64,000 nt of DNA from Firmicutes bacterium ADurb.Bin153 (GCA_002070415.1 MWDF01000004.1:19677-83676); one strand, 5' to 3'. Positions 48,112 to 58,078 are shown, numbered from the stretch's first letter. The notes: a model not told the origin generated them from the letters alone. Numbers and translations: made by a program.

Positions 48112-48953
48112 CTAGGTCCACCGAAGCACCTCATTATCCCAGCTGAGCGCGAACCCCTCTTTTTTTTTAATGATCGAGCGATATACTGGTTGGATCAGCT
48201 TGCCTATGTCTCCCATAACGATTTCAAGGCTCGTCCCGTTCTCGTCGTTGATTGATTCCATGAAGGCTTCCCATCTCGTTATTCTGTCTTTTTCTAGCCC
48301 GAACTGATTTTCGAAAACGGCTGGGCATGGTTCAAACTTCGTCCCCCTGGCTTTAAAGGTTGTCAATATGGCCTGTTGAAGCGTGCCGCCTCGTATCCTT
48401 TCCCTTTTTGGTACTGGTGAATATCGTAGAAATCCTTCATACGGCTATTCATAACCCCTAATGAAACCATTGCATCGAATTTTCCAGAGATTACAGTTTC
48501 TATCGAATATGCAGCAATTTTTAGGCTAGCAAAACCTTCCAGCTAGACGGGAAGGTCAATCATCTGAGGTTCAGGGACGACGATGTCTCTTACACCTACG
48601 TCAAGAATGGTTGATCCAGAGGCATTCAGGCCGACGAACCTCCACGGGATGTCGATCCTCACTGGGGCCCCCATGCGATTGCTTTCCCTGCCGTGTGGCT
48701 TTATCAGATCCGCAATGAACGTTATCCCGTCGGGATGAACTATCTTGGCGATTTCCCTTATCATATCGATATCGGGACCTCTTTCATCAAGATCGCCAGA
48801 AAACAGCACATCGATGTCCACTGTCGGCCTAATGGAGAAGCCGTAGCGGCCATATAGGAGAAGGCCTCCCTTCAGCATGAACCTGTCCGCGAACCCAGAT
48901 ATAGAAACACGATAAAGGAATCTCTCTTGTGCATATAATCTTAGGATGCTCAT
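48112..48953 (-). pseudogene. AbiEii/AbiGii-family nucleotidyltransferase toxin, inactivated (in-frame TAG plus a frameshift)
   Basis: N-terminal 136 codons (LKGGLLLYGRYGFSIRPTVDIDVLF, the GG...R.T.DID NTase motif) end at TAG 48543-48545. The same frame continues LEGFASLKIAAYSIETVISGKFDAMVSLGVMNSRMKDFYDI... to TGA 48363-48365. The C-terminal part (LTTFKARGTKFEP...) is in another frame (ORF 48112-48366). Confidence 0.75.
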
Positions 48954-49021
48954 GGGCTCTCTTCAAAGCTCATGAGCCAGCTTCGTAAGTCTTGCCTTTA
49001 CCGACGCTCCTATGTTGACCT

Positions 49022-49627
49022 TCATAGCAACATGGCAATCCTTATCTCCAGCTTTTTTACGACTCCACATATTTTCGCATATCTCATCAGCAGGTCGAAG
49101 TTCCTGGAACTACCGTTTACATAGGTGCGAACCGCCTCTATCGCCGCATTGCTCCCAATGTACTTCTCGAACTTAGTTACGTCACATATGGTCTTTTCCT
49201 TGTCGTAGATCCTGAATCCGCCCTTACCTTCTCCGATTACATCAATACCTGTGCCATACATCCTCTCATTGAATGCGTACGTCCTGATTGGAGGATAATC
49301 TGCGAGCTTGACGGCATAGTTTCTAGGTACTGCCATGCTAATCTCCCATGGATTATCCGTAGTAAGTCTATGATAAGCAAGAGCAGTACCGAGGCATATT
49401 ATCCCTTTGGGCACTATCAGCGAAGCTATGCGATATATTATATCTTTACCTTCAGTAAGCTCTTGCCAGTTGTAAAGACCGTTCTTTATCCTGATTATCT
49501 TGCCTGCCTTTATGAGCTCTGTTATCTGCCTCATCTGGGCACCGCTGTCAAGGAGCTCGGATGTCCTCGCGAAGCCGTTACCGTCTTCGAAGACCTTCCT
49601 GATCCTTTTTGCGGTACTATCTCGCAT
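49022..49627 (-). CDS. AbiEi-family type IV antitoxin / transcriptional regulator
   Basis: About 201 aa from MRDSTAKRIRKVFEDGNGFARTSELLDSGAQMRQITELIKAGKIIRIKNGLY (AbiEi_4-type wHTH). It lies directly upstream of the AbiEii remnant. Confidence 0.8.
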   Translation of the reverse strand: MRDSTAKRIRKVFEDGNGFARTSELLDSGAQMRQITELIKAGKIIRIKNGLYNWQELTEGKDIIYRIASLIVPKGIICLGTALAYHRLTTDNPWEISMAVPRNYAVKLADYPPIRTYAFNERMYGTGIDVIGEGKGGFRIYDKEKTICDVTKFEKYIGSNAAIEAVRTYVNGSSRNFDLLMRYAKICGVVKKLEIRIAMLL

Positions 49628-49769
49628 AATTTCACCCCTATATTGATATATTGTATTAATTTTTATGTAATAGTTACCTGCTGCTTGAGCCACGATAACA
49701 TGCTAATATTACACATATTATAACATTATATTTCAAATAGTATTATAAATTATGCTTATTCATATCTGA

Positions 49770-49805
49770 CATGACTCATCACTGATGAACAGATGATGAG
49801 TCATG
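49770..49805. repeat. Perfect 12-bp inverted repeat (CATGACTCATCA-12 nt-TGATGAGTCATG) between the two AbiEi genes
   Basis: Read directly: arms at 49770-49781 and 49794-49805. It lies about 140 nt upstream of the 49627 AbiEi start and about 100 nt downstream of the stop of the other AbiEi gene. Confidence 0.8.
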
Positions 49806-49902
49806 CAGTTGATATTATTTGCATGTCTTTGCTGAAATATTAAACGGCCAGCATGTCGCCCGAACAAAAGCCCTGAGAGATTTTACGTATTTGTGTGGAC
49901 GA

Positions 49903-50508
49903 TCATGTCAGCATGGATACCATCAGTTCGAGCTTCTGTCCGACCCCGCATATATTCGCGTATTCCGTGAGGCGGGCAAGGTCCTTGCCTTCTCTCTTTA
50001 GATATGTCCGTATCGCTTCCTTGATGACGTCCCTGCCCATGTATTTTTCGAATTTTACCGCGTCACAGATCGATTTCTCCTCGTCGAATATCATGAAACT
50101 GGATTTGCCCTTCTCTATCGTCTTCGCTCCCGCCTCGTACATCGCCTCGTTGTAGGCGTACATATAGATCGGAGGGAAGAGCGGCAGCTTGACCTTGTAA
50201 TTCCTGGGCACGGCCATGCCTATCTCCCATGGTGTCTCTTCGATGAGGCCGTGGTAGGAGAGCGCGGATTTCAAGCAGATGATCCCTTTGGGTACCACCT
50301 TGGAGGCGGTTATGTATTGCAGGTCCGCCTCGGGCGTAAGCCCCGGCCACATATAAAGGCCCTTCTTGATCCTTTGTATGACTCCGTTCTCGACCAGATA
50401 GGTGATCTGCGACATATGGATCCCGTTGGTGAACAGCTCCGCCGACTTGGCGAATCCTTCGTTCTTCTCGAATATCTCCCGCATCTTGTCCATTCTTTCT
50501 TGTCTCAT
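49903..50508 (-). CDS. Second AbiEi-family antitoxin paralogue (no cognate toxin gene adjacent)
   Basis: 201 aa, collinear with and about 50% identical by eye to 49022-49627 (EGFAKSAELFTNGIHMSQITYLVENGVIQRIKKGLY; VPKGIICL; PWEIGMAVPRNYKVKL). Confidence 0.8.
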   Translation of the reverse strand: MRQERMDKMREIFEKNEGFAKSAELFTNGIHMSQITYLVENGVIQRIKKGLYMWPGLTPEADLQYITASKVVPKGIICLKSALSYHGLIEETPWEIGMAVPRNYKVKLPLFPPIYMYAYNEAMYEAGAKTIEKGKSSFMIFDEEKSICDAVKFEKYMGRDVIKEAIRTYLKREGKDLARLTEYANICGVGQKLELMVSMLT

Positions 50509-50845
50509 TCAATCAAACATCCTTTATTATTATCTGACCGCCGGAAGCGGTCCGTTATCGCCGCACTGAGCATGTCATATAAATCATAACACATATTTCT
50601 GTTTTGTATCTTGTTCTGGCATGTGCAGCCATCATACGTACATAAAAGATGCAGCCAACACCGTTGGCCTATGAACCCTATGCGTCGCTTTTCACGACGA
50701 ATACGCCGGATCTGTCTGTTTGCACGGTAATCACGTTCTGGTGGCTTATTTGACGGGTTCCTAACAATTTGAAGTACCGATTATTCTATCATGGAAGGTA
50801 TTCATCCTGTCGACCTAGAAATCGTCCACGGAAGGAGGATGCCAC

Positions 50846-51508
50846 ATGAGAAGAATTAGAGTAATAGCTGTGGTTCTAATCCTGTCAGCTCTGTTGACGC
50901 TGCAAGGATGCAGCAAGACTTGGTATGTGGACTTCACGAAAGTCAGCGATGTAGACGATTGGAAGAAACAGGACTGGAGCACTCCCCCGCACGTGGTCAG
51001 CGTATCCGCGTCGGGGCTTTACGTCGACAGTGTATTATTGACGGCGCCGTTCGGCTTCGACGGGGATTTTACGATGACCGTCCAGTTCAGCCTAAACGTG
51101 TCCGCATCCGACTTCGTCCTCGGCCTGCAATTGATGCTCACGGGCGGAGGGGACGCTGTGTACTCGGAATATATATCGTCGGATTTCTATTCCCTGGGCT
51201 TGCCGCCTTCTGATCAGTATCCAGAAGGATACAGTATATATGAGGGGAGTCCCGGCAGGACACTTGCCGAAGGGGACGAGATCCCCGGGTTGAACAGGGC
51301 GGGGCTCAACACCTACAGGTTCATCAAGAAAGGCAACAGCATAAAGATGTTCATGAACGACGATATGCTCTGTGACGATATCTGTTCCTCCTATTCCGAG
51401 GCCTGGTTCTTCCCCGTCATCTACGTTGTATACGGGCTCGGCACCGGTGAATTGTATATAAAGAACATAAAGGTGGTGTACTCCGGGGATATAACTACAT
51501 TGCCGTAG
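50846..51508 (+). CDS. Lipoprotein of unknown function; paralogue of 20560-21225
   Basis: Signal peptide plus lipobox (LLTLQGC). Shares blocks with 20560-21225 (see that entry). Confidence 0.65.
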   Translation: MRRIRVIAVVLILSALLTLQGCSKTWYVDFTKVSDVDDWKKQDWSTPPHVVSVSASGLYVDSVLLTAPFGFDGDFTMTVQFSLNVSASDFVLGLQLMLTGGGDAVYSEYISSDFYSLGLPPSDQYPEGYSIYEGSPGRTLAEGDEIPGLNRAGLNTYRFIKKGNSIKMFMNDDMLCDDICSSYSEAWFFPVIYVVYGLGTGELYIKNIKVVYSGDITTLP

Positions 51509-51896
51509 AACCTCCACAATAGCTCCTGACGCCCCCCCGTCCATCGGCACCAAGGTGCCGGCACGTACGGATGTGGCGGGCATCTGACAACCTAGGCGGG
51601 ATACGTACATCCGCTGATCGATGGCAAATTCCTAGTCAACCATCGGTCATTATCGAAGCCGGCTGTTCAGCGTTCCTCTCTTTGCAGCGGATGCGCTTAT
51701 CGCCAGCATCGGATGGCATCTGAACTACAACCGTTCGCTGTTCTGGCAAGCTTTTTGTCCCAGTTTAGGAACAAGTCCATATATAAGAGGATATGCAGAC
51801 AATCAGCACAGTTTCTACGTATCACACTGGTAATCGTTCTCGTTTTTACGTAGTTGGCCAATAAAAGAATGAAGGAGGCGGATCCATTTAACGGCG

Positions 51897-51938
51897 TAGC
51901 GGCAGGATGGAGGCGACCTGCCGCTACGGCCTTTTCTG
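51897..51938. terminator. 10-bp hairpin directly downstream of the HEPN-like/CBS gene
   Basis: TAGCGGCAGG-atggaggcga-CCTGCCGCTA. The T-run (CCTTTTCTGTT) is on the plus strand only. Confidence 0.45.
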
Positions 51939-51939
51939 T

Positions 51940-52656
51940 TCAGTACTCGGGAGGTCCTGCGATGCTTACGTAATCGATCAAGTCCATGGGGGTAAGGACT
52001 CCCAGCGGGCGCTCGTATTCCCTCCCGCTTTCCGTGATTATCAGGGCCGGATAGCCCTGGTCCGATTCTTGGAAGAACGTCAGCGCCTCATACACCGTGG
52101 CGTCCTTGGCGATGTGGCATCTGTGCCCCGGTTCCTCCCTCATCAGCTCGCCTATCGTGGCCTCGGAAGGAGACGGCACCCTGCCTTCCTGTACCATCCT
52201 CTCGAGCCATACGGCGGTGTCCTCGCGGCGAAGGAAACCGTACCGGCCGCCCTTTTCGACTACAATCTGCGAGAAGTCCTGCTCCCTCATGTATCTTAGT
52301 GCCTTCGACAGTGGCTCAAGATAGTTGAATATGAAGGGGGCCGTCCTGCTCCTCCTGTCGTAAACCGTCATCGGCCTGGCGAGGGCTTCGAATATCTCGT
52401 CGAGCTTCTCTAGAACGTCTTCTCGCGGGTCGGCCATCGGCCTCCCGTCAAGGAACCGCTCGTGGGCAACGACGTTCCTGAGCCTGTTTATTGTCTCGAG
52501 GTCGTCATCGTACCTCCTTATGGTGTACTTGACCCTCCTGTCTGCCCTGAGTTTGTCCTTCTTCTCTATGAAGCTTCCCTTAAAGCCCCCGAGAAGGTAC
52601 TCGAGATAGTGGTCTAGCTTGTTGTACTTCTCTATGAAGATCTCCGCGTTAGGCAT
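51940..52656 (-). CDS. CBS-pair protein with an N-terminal helical domain carrying an R-x4-H (HEPN-like) motif
   Basis: 238 aa. aa ~1-95 are predicted helical, with INRLRNVVAHERF (R60-x4-H65). aa ~100-238 are two CBS repeats (EPLSKALRYMREQDFSQIVVEKGGRYGFL...; IGELMREEPGHRCHIAKDATVYEALTFF...LGVLTPMDLIDYV). Confidence 0.6.
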   Translation of the reverse strand: MPNAEIFIEKYNKLDHYLEYLLGGFKGSFIEKKDKLRADRRVKYTIRRYDDDLETINRLRNVVAHERFLDGRPMADPREDVLEKLDEIFEALARPMTVYDRRSRTAPFIFNYLEPLSKALRYMREQDFSQIVVEKGGRYGFLRREDTAVWLERMVQEGRVPSPSEATIGELMREEPGHRCHIAKDATVYEALTFFQESDQGYPALIITESGREYERPLGVLTPMDLIDYVSIAGPPEY

Positions 52657-52791
52657 GCCATTCCCCTCCTGACAGCGATATCTTCCGGGGCTCGCTTCGA
52701 AGCATCATGGAGACGGGGCGAACCGGACCTTTCGCCTATGGCAAGGGCCGCCCTGCTACGATTGCAAAGCGGCCCTTCGTCATCCCTTTGG

Positions 52792-54165
52792 TCATTCTTC
52801 GTGGTACGGTCCTTCTGCCAGGTTCTCGTACCTTGTGAACTCCTTCTTCCAGAACAAGTCGAAATCCCCGACGGGGCCGTTCCTCTGCTTGGCGATGATT
52901 ATCTTGACCAGGTTCCTCAGGTTCGGCTCCTTCTTGAGTTTAGCCTCGTCCTGCTCCCTATGGATGAACATGACGACGTCCGCAGTCTGCTCAATCTCGC
53001 CCGATTCCTTCAGGTGGGAGAGCTTGGGCAGCTTGTCGGCCGCGCTTTCGACGGACCTTGAAAGCTGCGCGAGGCAGAGTACCGGCACTTCCATCTCCCT
53101 TGCGATCGACTTGAGGTCCCTTGTGATCTCCGCCACTTCTTGCTGCCTGTTCTCCACCCTTCCCCTTCCGGATATGAGCTGGAGGTAGTCGATTATTATC
53201 AAGGAGAGCCTGTTTTCGGCCTTGAGCCTCCTCGCCCTCGCCCTTATGTCCAAGGTCGTCATGTTCGACGTGTCGTCGATATACACGGGCGCTTCAGAGA
53301 GCTTGCCGACCGCGTCGCTTAGGCTGTACCAATCGGTGTCCAGCAGGTTTCCCTTCCTGAGCTTCTGGCCGTCTATTTCGGCTATTGAGCTTATCATCCT
53401 CATCGCGAGCTGCTCGGCCGCCATCTCCAAAGAGCATATGAAGACGGACTTGCCCCTGTCCAGCGCCACGTTCTCGGCTATGTTGAGGGCGAGGGCGGTC
53501 TTTCCCACTGACGGGCGGGCCGCAATGATTATAAGCTCTGAGGGCTGAAGGCCGGAGAGGTAGTCGTCCATCTTGACGAAGCCGGTCTCAAGGCCCGTTA
53601 TCCTCTGCTTTGATTCGTAGACCCTCTCGATGTTCTGGTAGGCCGTGTTCATGACCATCTTCAGCTCTTTAACGTCGCCTACCCGCTGCTTCCTCGCGAG
53701 GCTTAGCACGGCCTGTTCGGCCTTGTCCATGGATTCCTCCACGGACAGCTCCTCCGAGAAGCCTATGCCGGTGATCTGCATCCCCGCCTTGACGAGGTTC
53801 CTCATAGAGGACTTGTCCTTCACTATCCTGGCGTAATGGGACGCGTTCGCCGGAGTCGGCACGGTGTTCGCAAGGTGCGAGATATAGGAGGCGCCGCCGA
53901 TCGATTCGAGCTTGCCGATGTTCCTGAGGTGCTCGGTCACGGTGACCAAATCGACGGGCGCGCCCTTGTCGAAGAGGCTCTTTATGGCGTCGAACAGGAA
54001 GCGGTGGTTCTCATGGTAGAAATCCGCCGCCTCGAGGTTGTCTATGACTTTGTCTATCGCGTCCCTGTCGAGGAGCATGGCCCCCAGGGCCGACTGCTCC
54101 GCCTCCAGGTTCTGTGGAGGGACCCTGTCCGTCAGGTTCCTGTTTTCATAGGACATGGAGCTCAC
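52792..54165 (-). CDS. dnaB: Replicative DNA helicase DnaB
   Basis: PPQNLEAEQSALGAMLL, Walker A ARPSVGKT, IIIDYLQL and AQLSR. Confidence 0.97.
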   Translation of the reverse strand: MSSMSYENRNLTDRVPPQNLEAEQSALGAMLLDRDAIDKVIDNLEAADFYHENHRFLFDAIKSLFDKGAPVDLVTVTEHLRNIGKLESIGGASYISHLANTVPTPANASHYARIVKDKSSMRNLVKAGMQITGIGFSEELSVEESMDKAEQAVLSLARKQRVGDVKELKMVMNTAYQNIERVYESKQRITGLETGFVKMDDYLSGLQPSELIIIAARPSVGKTALALNIAENVALDRGKSVFICSLEMAAEQLAMRMISSIAEIDGQKLRKGNLLDTDWYSLSDAVGKLSEAPVYIDDTSNMTTLDIRARARRLKAENRLSLIIIDYLQLISGRGRVENRQQEVAEITRDLKSIAREMEVPVLCLAQLSRSVESAADKLPKLSHLKESGEIEQTADVVMFIHREQDEAKLKKEPNLRNLVKIIIAKQRNGPVGDFDLFWKKEFTRYENLAEGPYHEE

Positions 54166-56129
54166 CTTCCGTCGTCAGATTCTATGCCTGCGGGTCCCAG
54201 CCTGTAGCCTTCGAAGATATGCTCGAAGCATTCCTTTATGTCATCCACGGGCACTATCTCCACGCCGGTTATATCGGAGGGTACGTCCTTCTTGTTCCCC
54301 TCGGGTATCAGCACCTTCCTTATCCCGGCCTGCTTCGCGCCGTAGACCTTCTCGAAGACGCCGCCTACCTCCTTGACCTTGCCCTGTATGGATATCTCCC
54401 CGGTCACGGCCACGTCCTGGCGCACCCTTATGCCCCTCGACGCGCTGAGCATGGCAAGGAGTATCGCGGTGCCGGCGGACGGCCCTTCGATGTTGCCTCC
54501 TCCTACCACGTTCACGTGGAAGTCATATTTTCCCAGCTCGTCGCCGGTTATCGAACGGAAGACGGCCCCTGCGTTGAACACTGAGTCCTTCGCCATCGAC
54601 CCCGCGGTCTCGTTGAACCTGATGTTTCCGCCCTTCTCATCCTTCCTGGGGAACGATACGGCCTCTATCTCGATCACAGAACCTAGGAAGCCCGACACCC
54701 CAAGGCCGAATATCTTGCCGACCTCGGCCGTCCCTGACGCTTTGATGTTCACGTAGGGCGTCATCCTTCCGGCCCTTATGGCGTCCTCCAGGTGGGTCTT
54801 CTTTATCAGCACGTCCTTCGAGCCCTGGCTTTCGTACAGGGCGAACGAGTACGCGTCTATAAGGAGGCTCGTCGCTTTCCTTCCTTCTATCGTGTAGTCG
54901 GATATCATCTCGGGCACGCCGTCTTCTATCCTCACGCCCAGCCTCGTCGCCGCGCTCGTGGCGATCTCCTGAACCGAGTGCTGCGTCAAGGGCTCGAAGA
55001 ACACTTCTGCGCACCTGCTCCTTAGGGCCGGCGACAACGTCTCGGGCTCTCTTGTCGTGGCGCCGATCAGTATGAAGTCGGCGGGGGCGCCCTTATCGAA
55101 GAGCTGCTTTATATACTCCGGCACGCTCTTGTCCTCGGGGTCGTAGTAGGAGGATTCGAAGCTCACCCTCTTGTCCTCCATGACCTTGAGCAGCTTGTTA
55201 AGAAGCAGCGGGTCCATCTCGCCTATCTCGTCGATGAAAAGCACGCCACCGTGGGCTTCAGTCACGAGGCCCAGCTTGGGCTCGGGAACGCCGCCCTCCG
55301 CCAGGTCGCGCCTCGCTCCCTGGTAGATAGGATCGTGCACGCTTCCCATCAATGGATTGACTATGTCCCTGGGATCCCATCTGAGCGTAGTGCCGTCCAC
55401 CTCTATGAACTTGGCGTCGGACCCGAACGGGGTGTATTTCGCCTTCTTTGCCTCTTCAAGCACGAGCCTCGCAGCCGACGTCTTGCCCACTCCGGGAGGC
55501 CCGTAGAGTATCACGTGCTGCGGGAACGGGCTCGATATCTTGGCCATGAGGGCCCGTATCGCCCTGTCCTGCCCGACTATCTGGGCGAGGTCGGACGGCC
55601 TTACGGCCTCCATCGCGGAGGTCAGCAGCTTCCTCTCCTCTAGCAGTTTCAGATCCTCCAGCTTCTTCTGCGTCTCGGGGGTCTCGGGACCCGTCTCTTC
55701 GCTCAGGAGCTGTTTTTTTACGTCCTTTACGTACTCCTCGTGCTTCTGCTGGAGCTTGTCGGTCACTTTCTTCTCTATGCTCTCGTCCAGGCGCTTCCTT
55801 GCGAGCATCTCCGCGAGCTCGTCCTCGAGCTCGTCCATGACGGACGGCAGCTCGTCGAAGCTGGGCGGTACCGTTATGGTCGGATCCTGGAAAACGATCC
55901 TCTGCAATGCCATGACCCTCTGTTCGAGGTCCTCGGACCTCATGAGGGTGAGTGATTCCAATTTGCCCGCCTTCAGTATCAGGCGGTCGGCCCCCAGCAT
56001 GTCCGACAGCATGGAGAACATCGAGGAGATCCTCCTGGACATCTCGTCTATCGCTCCCGGGTGTTCCCACCACAGCAGCTTGGGCCCCTTGTTCCTTTCT
56101 CTTTCCTCGCCTTTCTTGAACAATCCCAT
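54162..56129 (-). CDS. Lon-family ATP-dependent protease (LonB/LonC-like, no LonA N-domain)
   Basis: Walker A GPPGVGKTS and Walker B LFIDEIGE. S16 protease domain with GPSAGTAILLAMLSA (catalytic Ser) and a downstream Lys (GKVKEVGG). It lies between rplI and dnaB. Confidence 0.85.
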   Translation of the reverse strand: MGLFKKGEERERNKGPKLLWWEHPGAIDEMSRRISSMFSMLSDMLGADRLILKAGKLESLTLMRSEDLEQRVMALQRIVFQDPTITVPPSFDELPSVMDELEDELAEMLARKRLDESIEKKVTDKLQQKHEEYVKDVKKQLLSEETGPETPETQKKLEDLKLLEERKLLTSAMEAVRPSDLAQIVGQDRAIRALMAKISSPFPQHVILYGPPGVGKTSAARLVLEEAKKAKYTPFGSDAKFIEVDGTTLRWDPRDIVNPLMGSVHDPIYQGARRDLAEGGVPEPKLGLVTEAHGGVLFIDEIGEMDPLLLNKLLKVMEDKRVSFESSYYDPEDKSVPEYIKQLFDKGAPADFILIGATTREPETLSPALRSRCAEVFFEPLTQHSVQEIATSAATRLGVRIEDGVPEMISDYTIEGRKATSLLIDAYSFALYESQGSKDVLIKKTHLEDAIRAGRMTPYVNIKASGTAEVGKIFGLGVSGFLGSVIEIEAVSFPRKDEKGGNIRFNETAGSMAKDSVFNAGAVFRSITGDELGKYDFHVNVVGGGNIEGPSAGTAILLAMLSASRGIRVRQDVAVTGEISIQGKVKEVGGVFEKVYGAKQAGIRKVLIPEGNKKDVPSDITGVEIVPVDDIKECFEHIFEGYRLGPAGIESDDGR

Positions 56130-56136
56130 ACCTATC

Positions 56137-56586
56137 CTACTCCATCGGTTGTATCGTAAGCCGCAGCTTGGTGGCTATCCCTGACATGAGCCTCACTTCG
56201 GCCTCGTATTCGCCCACAGTTTTGATGTGATCCGGAATCTCTATCTTCTTCTTGTCCACTTCTATGTCCATGGTCTCCTTGAGGGCCTTCGCCACGTCGG
56301 CGCCGGTCACCGTGCCGTATAGCCTTCCTCCCTCGCCGCATTTGACCTTGAGGACTATCCCGCCCTCTTTAAGTTGGCGGGCGACCTGCCTTGCCTGGTG
56401 CTCCTCCCTTTCGAGCCTGTCCTGGGCGGCGCGCCTCATCTCGTCCACCCTTTTCAACTCGGCCGGGGTCGCTTCCGTAGCCAGCTTCCTTGGTATGAGG
56501 TAGTTCCTGGCGTAGCCGTCGGAGACTTCCAGGACCTGGTCCTTCTTACCTATCGCCTTTACGTCCTGCAGAAGTATCACTTTCAT
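56137..56586 (-). CDS. rplI: 50S ribosomal protein L9
   Basis: MKVILLQDVKAIGKKDQVLEVSDGYARNYLIP... Confidence 0.97.
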   Translation of the reverse strand: MKVILLQDVKAIGKKDQVLEVSDGYARNYLIPRKLATEATPAELKRVDEMRRAAQDRLEREEHQARQVARQLKEGGIVLKVKCGEGGRLYGTVTGADVAKALKETMDIEVDKKKIEIPDHIKTVGEYEAEVRLMSGIATKLRLTIQPME

Positions 56587-56756
56587 ATCATGCCCGCCGC
56601 GGCTCTGTGCATGGCCATGGCCGCGACTCCCTCCTTTTCATCTATTTGTTCATATCCGCGCCGCCATTCCCTTACACGGCCGTGCGGATGGTGCAAGAGG
56701 CGGGACTTGGACCCGCCTTTATATTTCCCTTCGCCGGGCTTTTTATCCTTCGCCCG

Positions 56757-57713
56757 TCAGCGCAGTTTGCGGAAATCGTAGAAGCTGTCGACCACCCCGG
56801 CATAGGGCAGTAGTCCCGAAGTCAGCGGTGTGATGTAAAGGAACCCGCATATTATAAAACGAAGCAACTTGGGCACACCTTTCTGGCTGAGGTAGAACCA
56901 CAGAAGCGACATCGCATGCACCATATAGAGCATCATCGCGCCCGTGAACATGTTGTTGCCCAATGTTGTGATCCAGTCCATCTTCACGTACCCGCCGATG
57001 AAGGGAAGAGCCAGGCCCAGAATCGGAAACCAGCTGAACCACACCGGCATCTGCCATCTCTCGAACTGCGTGATCGGGGCCGCCTTGCCTTTCATGCGGA
57101 TGATGACAGCCCTGGTTATGGCATACGCGATAAGCGCCGTTACAAGGCTGCTTATCACGACCATCGCGGGGAGGAGCTTCGACACGACGAAGGCCATCTG
57201 CTCTGCCATCGCGTCCATCTGCTTCATCACTTCCGCGCCGGCGTTTATCTTGGCGTAGAAATTCTTTGTCGTCTCCAGCGAGGCCATCATGGCCGTCCTA
57301 AGGTCCTCGAGCGATTTCTGCGGCGTTATGCCTATCGCGACGGCGCCGAGCACGAAATCAACCACCGTGGTGAACGTAAGCACTGCTCCGGTTATCAAGG
57401 TGGAGCTGACCCAGCTGAGCCCCTTCTTCATGCACATACCGAGCGCTACGCCCGGGACGCCGATTATCATAAGGGATATCACCCCGTGTATTGGCCCGAG
57501 CGTCATACCTATCCCCAATGCGGCCACGAAAGAGGCCATCAGGCCCGCCTTGAAGCCGTGCCTCTGCGCGATCAGGGCCGCAGGTACAGGATAGGCCAGG
57601 ATTATGACTATCTGCGTGGCATTTCCGAGAAGGTAGAGGGCGATGGCTATAGCTGCGAAGATGGCCCCTTCTACGATGGCTTTAGTGCTCATGGTGCGGG
57701 AACGTTCTCTCAT
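56757..57713 (-). CDS. YybS/DUF2232-family integral membrane protein
   Basis: Polytopic membrane protein in the conserved position between rpsR and rplI, as B. subtilis yybS is. The start could be 57713 or 57692. Confidence 0.7.
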   Translation of the reverse strand: MRERSRTMSTKAIVEGAIFAAIAIALYLLGNATQIVIILAYPVPAALIAQRHGFKAGLMASFVAALGIGMTLGPIHGVISLMIIGVPGVALGMCMKKGLSWVSSTLITGAVLTFTTVVDFVLGAVAIGITPQKSLEDLRTAMMASLETTKNFYAKINAGAEVMKQMDAMAEQMAFVVSKLLPAMVVISSLVTALIAYAITRAVIIRMKGKAAPITQFERWQMPVWFSWFPILGLALPFIGGYVKMDWITTLGNNMFTGAMMLYMVHAMSLLWFYLSQKGVPKLLRFIICGFLYITPLTSGLLPYAGVVDSFYDFRKLR

Positions 57714-57841
57714 TTGGCACCCCGATGCTTCAAGCCGGCCTTTCGGCCGGCGGTTTTCTCTGTTGGTGATGTCCTGCGCCTTCTAAACATCAAGGACCCC
57801 CCGGTAGGCCCGGAGAGTCCCGATTGGAATGCCAACCCCGC

Positions 57842-58078
57842 TTACTCCGCGGTGAAGGGCAGAAGGGCTATGTGCCTCGCCCTCTTTATCGCCTCGGTCA
57901 CCAGGCGCTGGTGTTTCGCGCAACATCCGTTGATCCTGCGGGGGGTTATCTTGCCGCGCTCGTTTATGTACCTTCTCAGCTTTCCAAGGTCCTTGTAGTC
58001 TATCTCGGTGGCCTTGTCCACGCAGAACGTGCATACGCGCCTGCGGGCCTTGCGGCCTCCTTTTTCACGCCTCATCAT
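57842..58078 (-). CDS. rpsR: 30S ribosomal protein S18
   Basis: [43 protein letters not shown]. The start was trimmed to ATG 58076-58078, which has AGGAGG 9 nt upstream. Confidence 0.95.
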   Translation of the reverse strand: MMRREKGGRKARRRVCTFCVDKATEIDYKDLGKLRRYINERGKITPRRINGCCAKHQRLVTEAIKRARHIALLPFTAE

